From an uncultured archaeon (GTDB lineage Archaea; Asgardarchaeota; Jordiarchaeia; Jordiarchaeales; Jordiarchaeaceae): a stretch of DNA of 24,880 nt. The notes under the pieces are model-generated. The model made no database searches. It saw only the letters and a program-made list of their open reading frames with translations, and was not told the DNA's origin. The stretch covers positions 1 to 24,880 of the forward strand of contig CAZECW010000065.1 of NCBI GenBank assembly GCA_964510585.1, in the 5' to 3' direction. Position 1 is the stretch's first letter. Each line of letters begins with the position of its first letter. Position numbers and translations under genes: made by a program. Positions 24,667 to 24,880 of the stretch are shown piece after piece.

Positions 24667-24880
24667 ATGTTACCGCAGAAGTTAACCTTATCCAGGAGAG
24701 AGGAGGCGGAAATCAGGAAATTCATGGCAGAAACCAAAAGCAAGGAGGAGTATAGAAGGGCGGAGGCAGTCCTCTACAAGGCGGAGGGACTCTCCTACAG
24801 AGCCATCGCAAAGAAGAGGGAACTCACCGAAAAACTCAAACAGGAGACCAAGCTGCTCTACGCCGCATACCTCTCAATGT
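24667..24880 (+). mobile_element. Partial ORF resembling the N-terminal HTH of an IS630-like transposase; runs off the window
   Basis: Translates as MLPQKLTLSRREEAEIRKFMAETKSKEEYRRAEAVLYKAEGLSYRAIAKKRELTEKLKQETKLLYAAYLSM. RRAEAVLYKAEGLSYRAIA fits the IS630/HTH_23-type pattern, and GC is higher than in the flank. Confidence 0.5.

Overview
This is an AT-rich archaeal chromosomal window, most likely from an Asgard archaeon. That call is inferred from two stand-alone longin-type proteins, a single-domain gelsolin fusion and an NPRL2-like winged-helix protein. About 20 genes are supported. The housekeeping and metabolic genes are a B12-binding radical SAM protein, a CBS protein, an SPFH protein, an AN1-zinc-finger/M50 protease, an acyl-CoA ligase, an AsnB-like protein, an alkaline-phosphatase-superfamily enzyme, a GT2, a PHP protein and a core MetE-like methyltransferase. 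Five observations stand out. (1) An 892-aa fusion appears to join a catalytically decayed amidohydrolase barrel, a Cdc48/Ufd1-type N domain and a MIDAS-degenerate vWA domain. (2) A 277-bp protein-less IS200/IS605-type element keeps both ends and a strongly structured omegaRNA-like interior, and a decayed second copy lies 8.4 kb away. (3) Two related ~186-bp MITEs, each with its own target-site duplication, sit 96 bp apart. (4) The MetE-like gene's conserved-looking N-terminus lies upstream of any ATG/GTG/TTG, implying an AUU start or a mutated start. (5) A cluster of longin and NPRL2-like genes spans 3.3-7.0 kb. No rRNA, tRNA or CRISPR array was found. All family assignments come from motif recognition by eye, and no searches were run.
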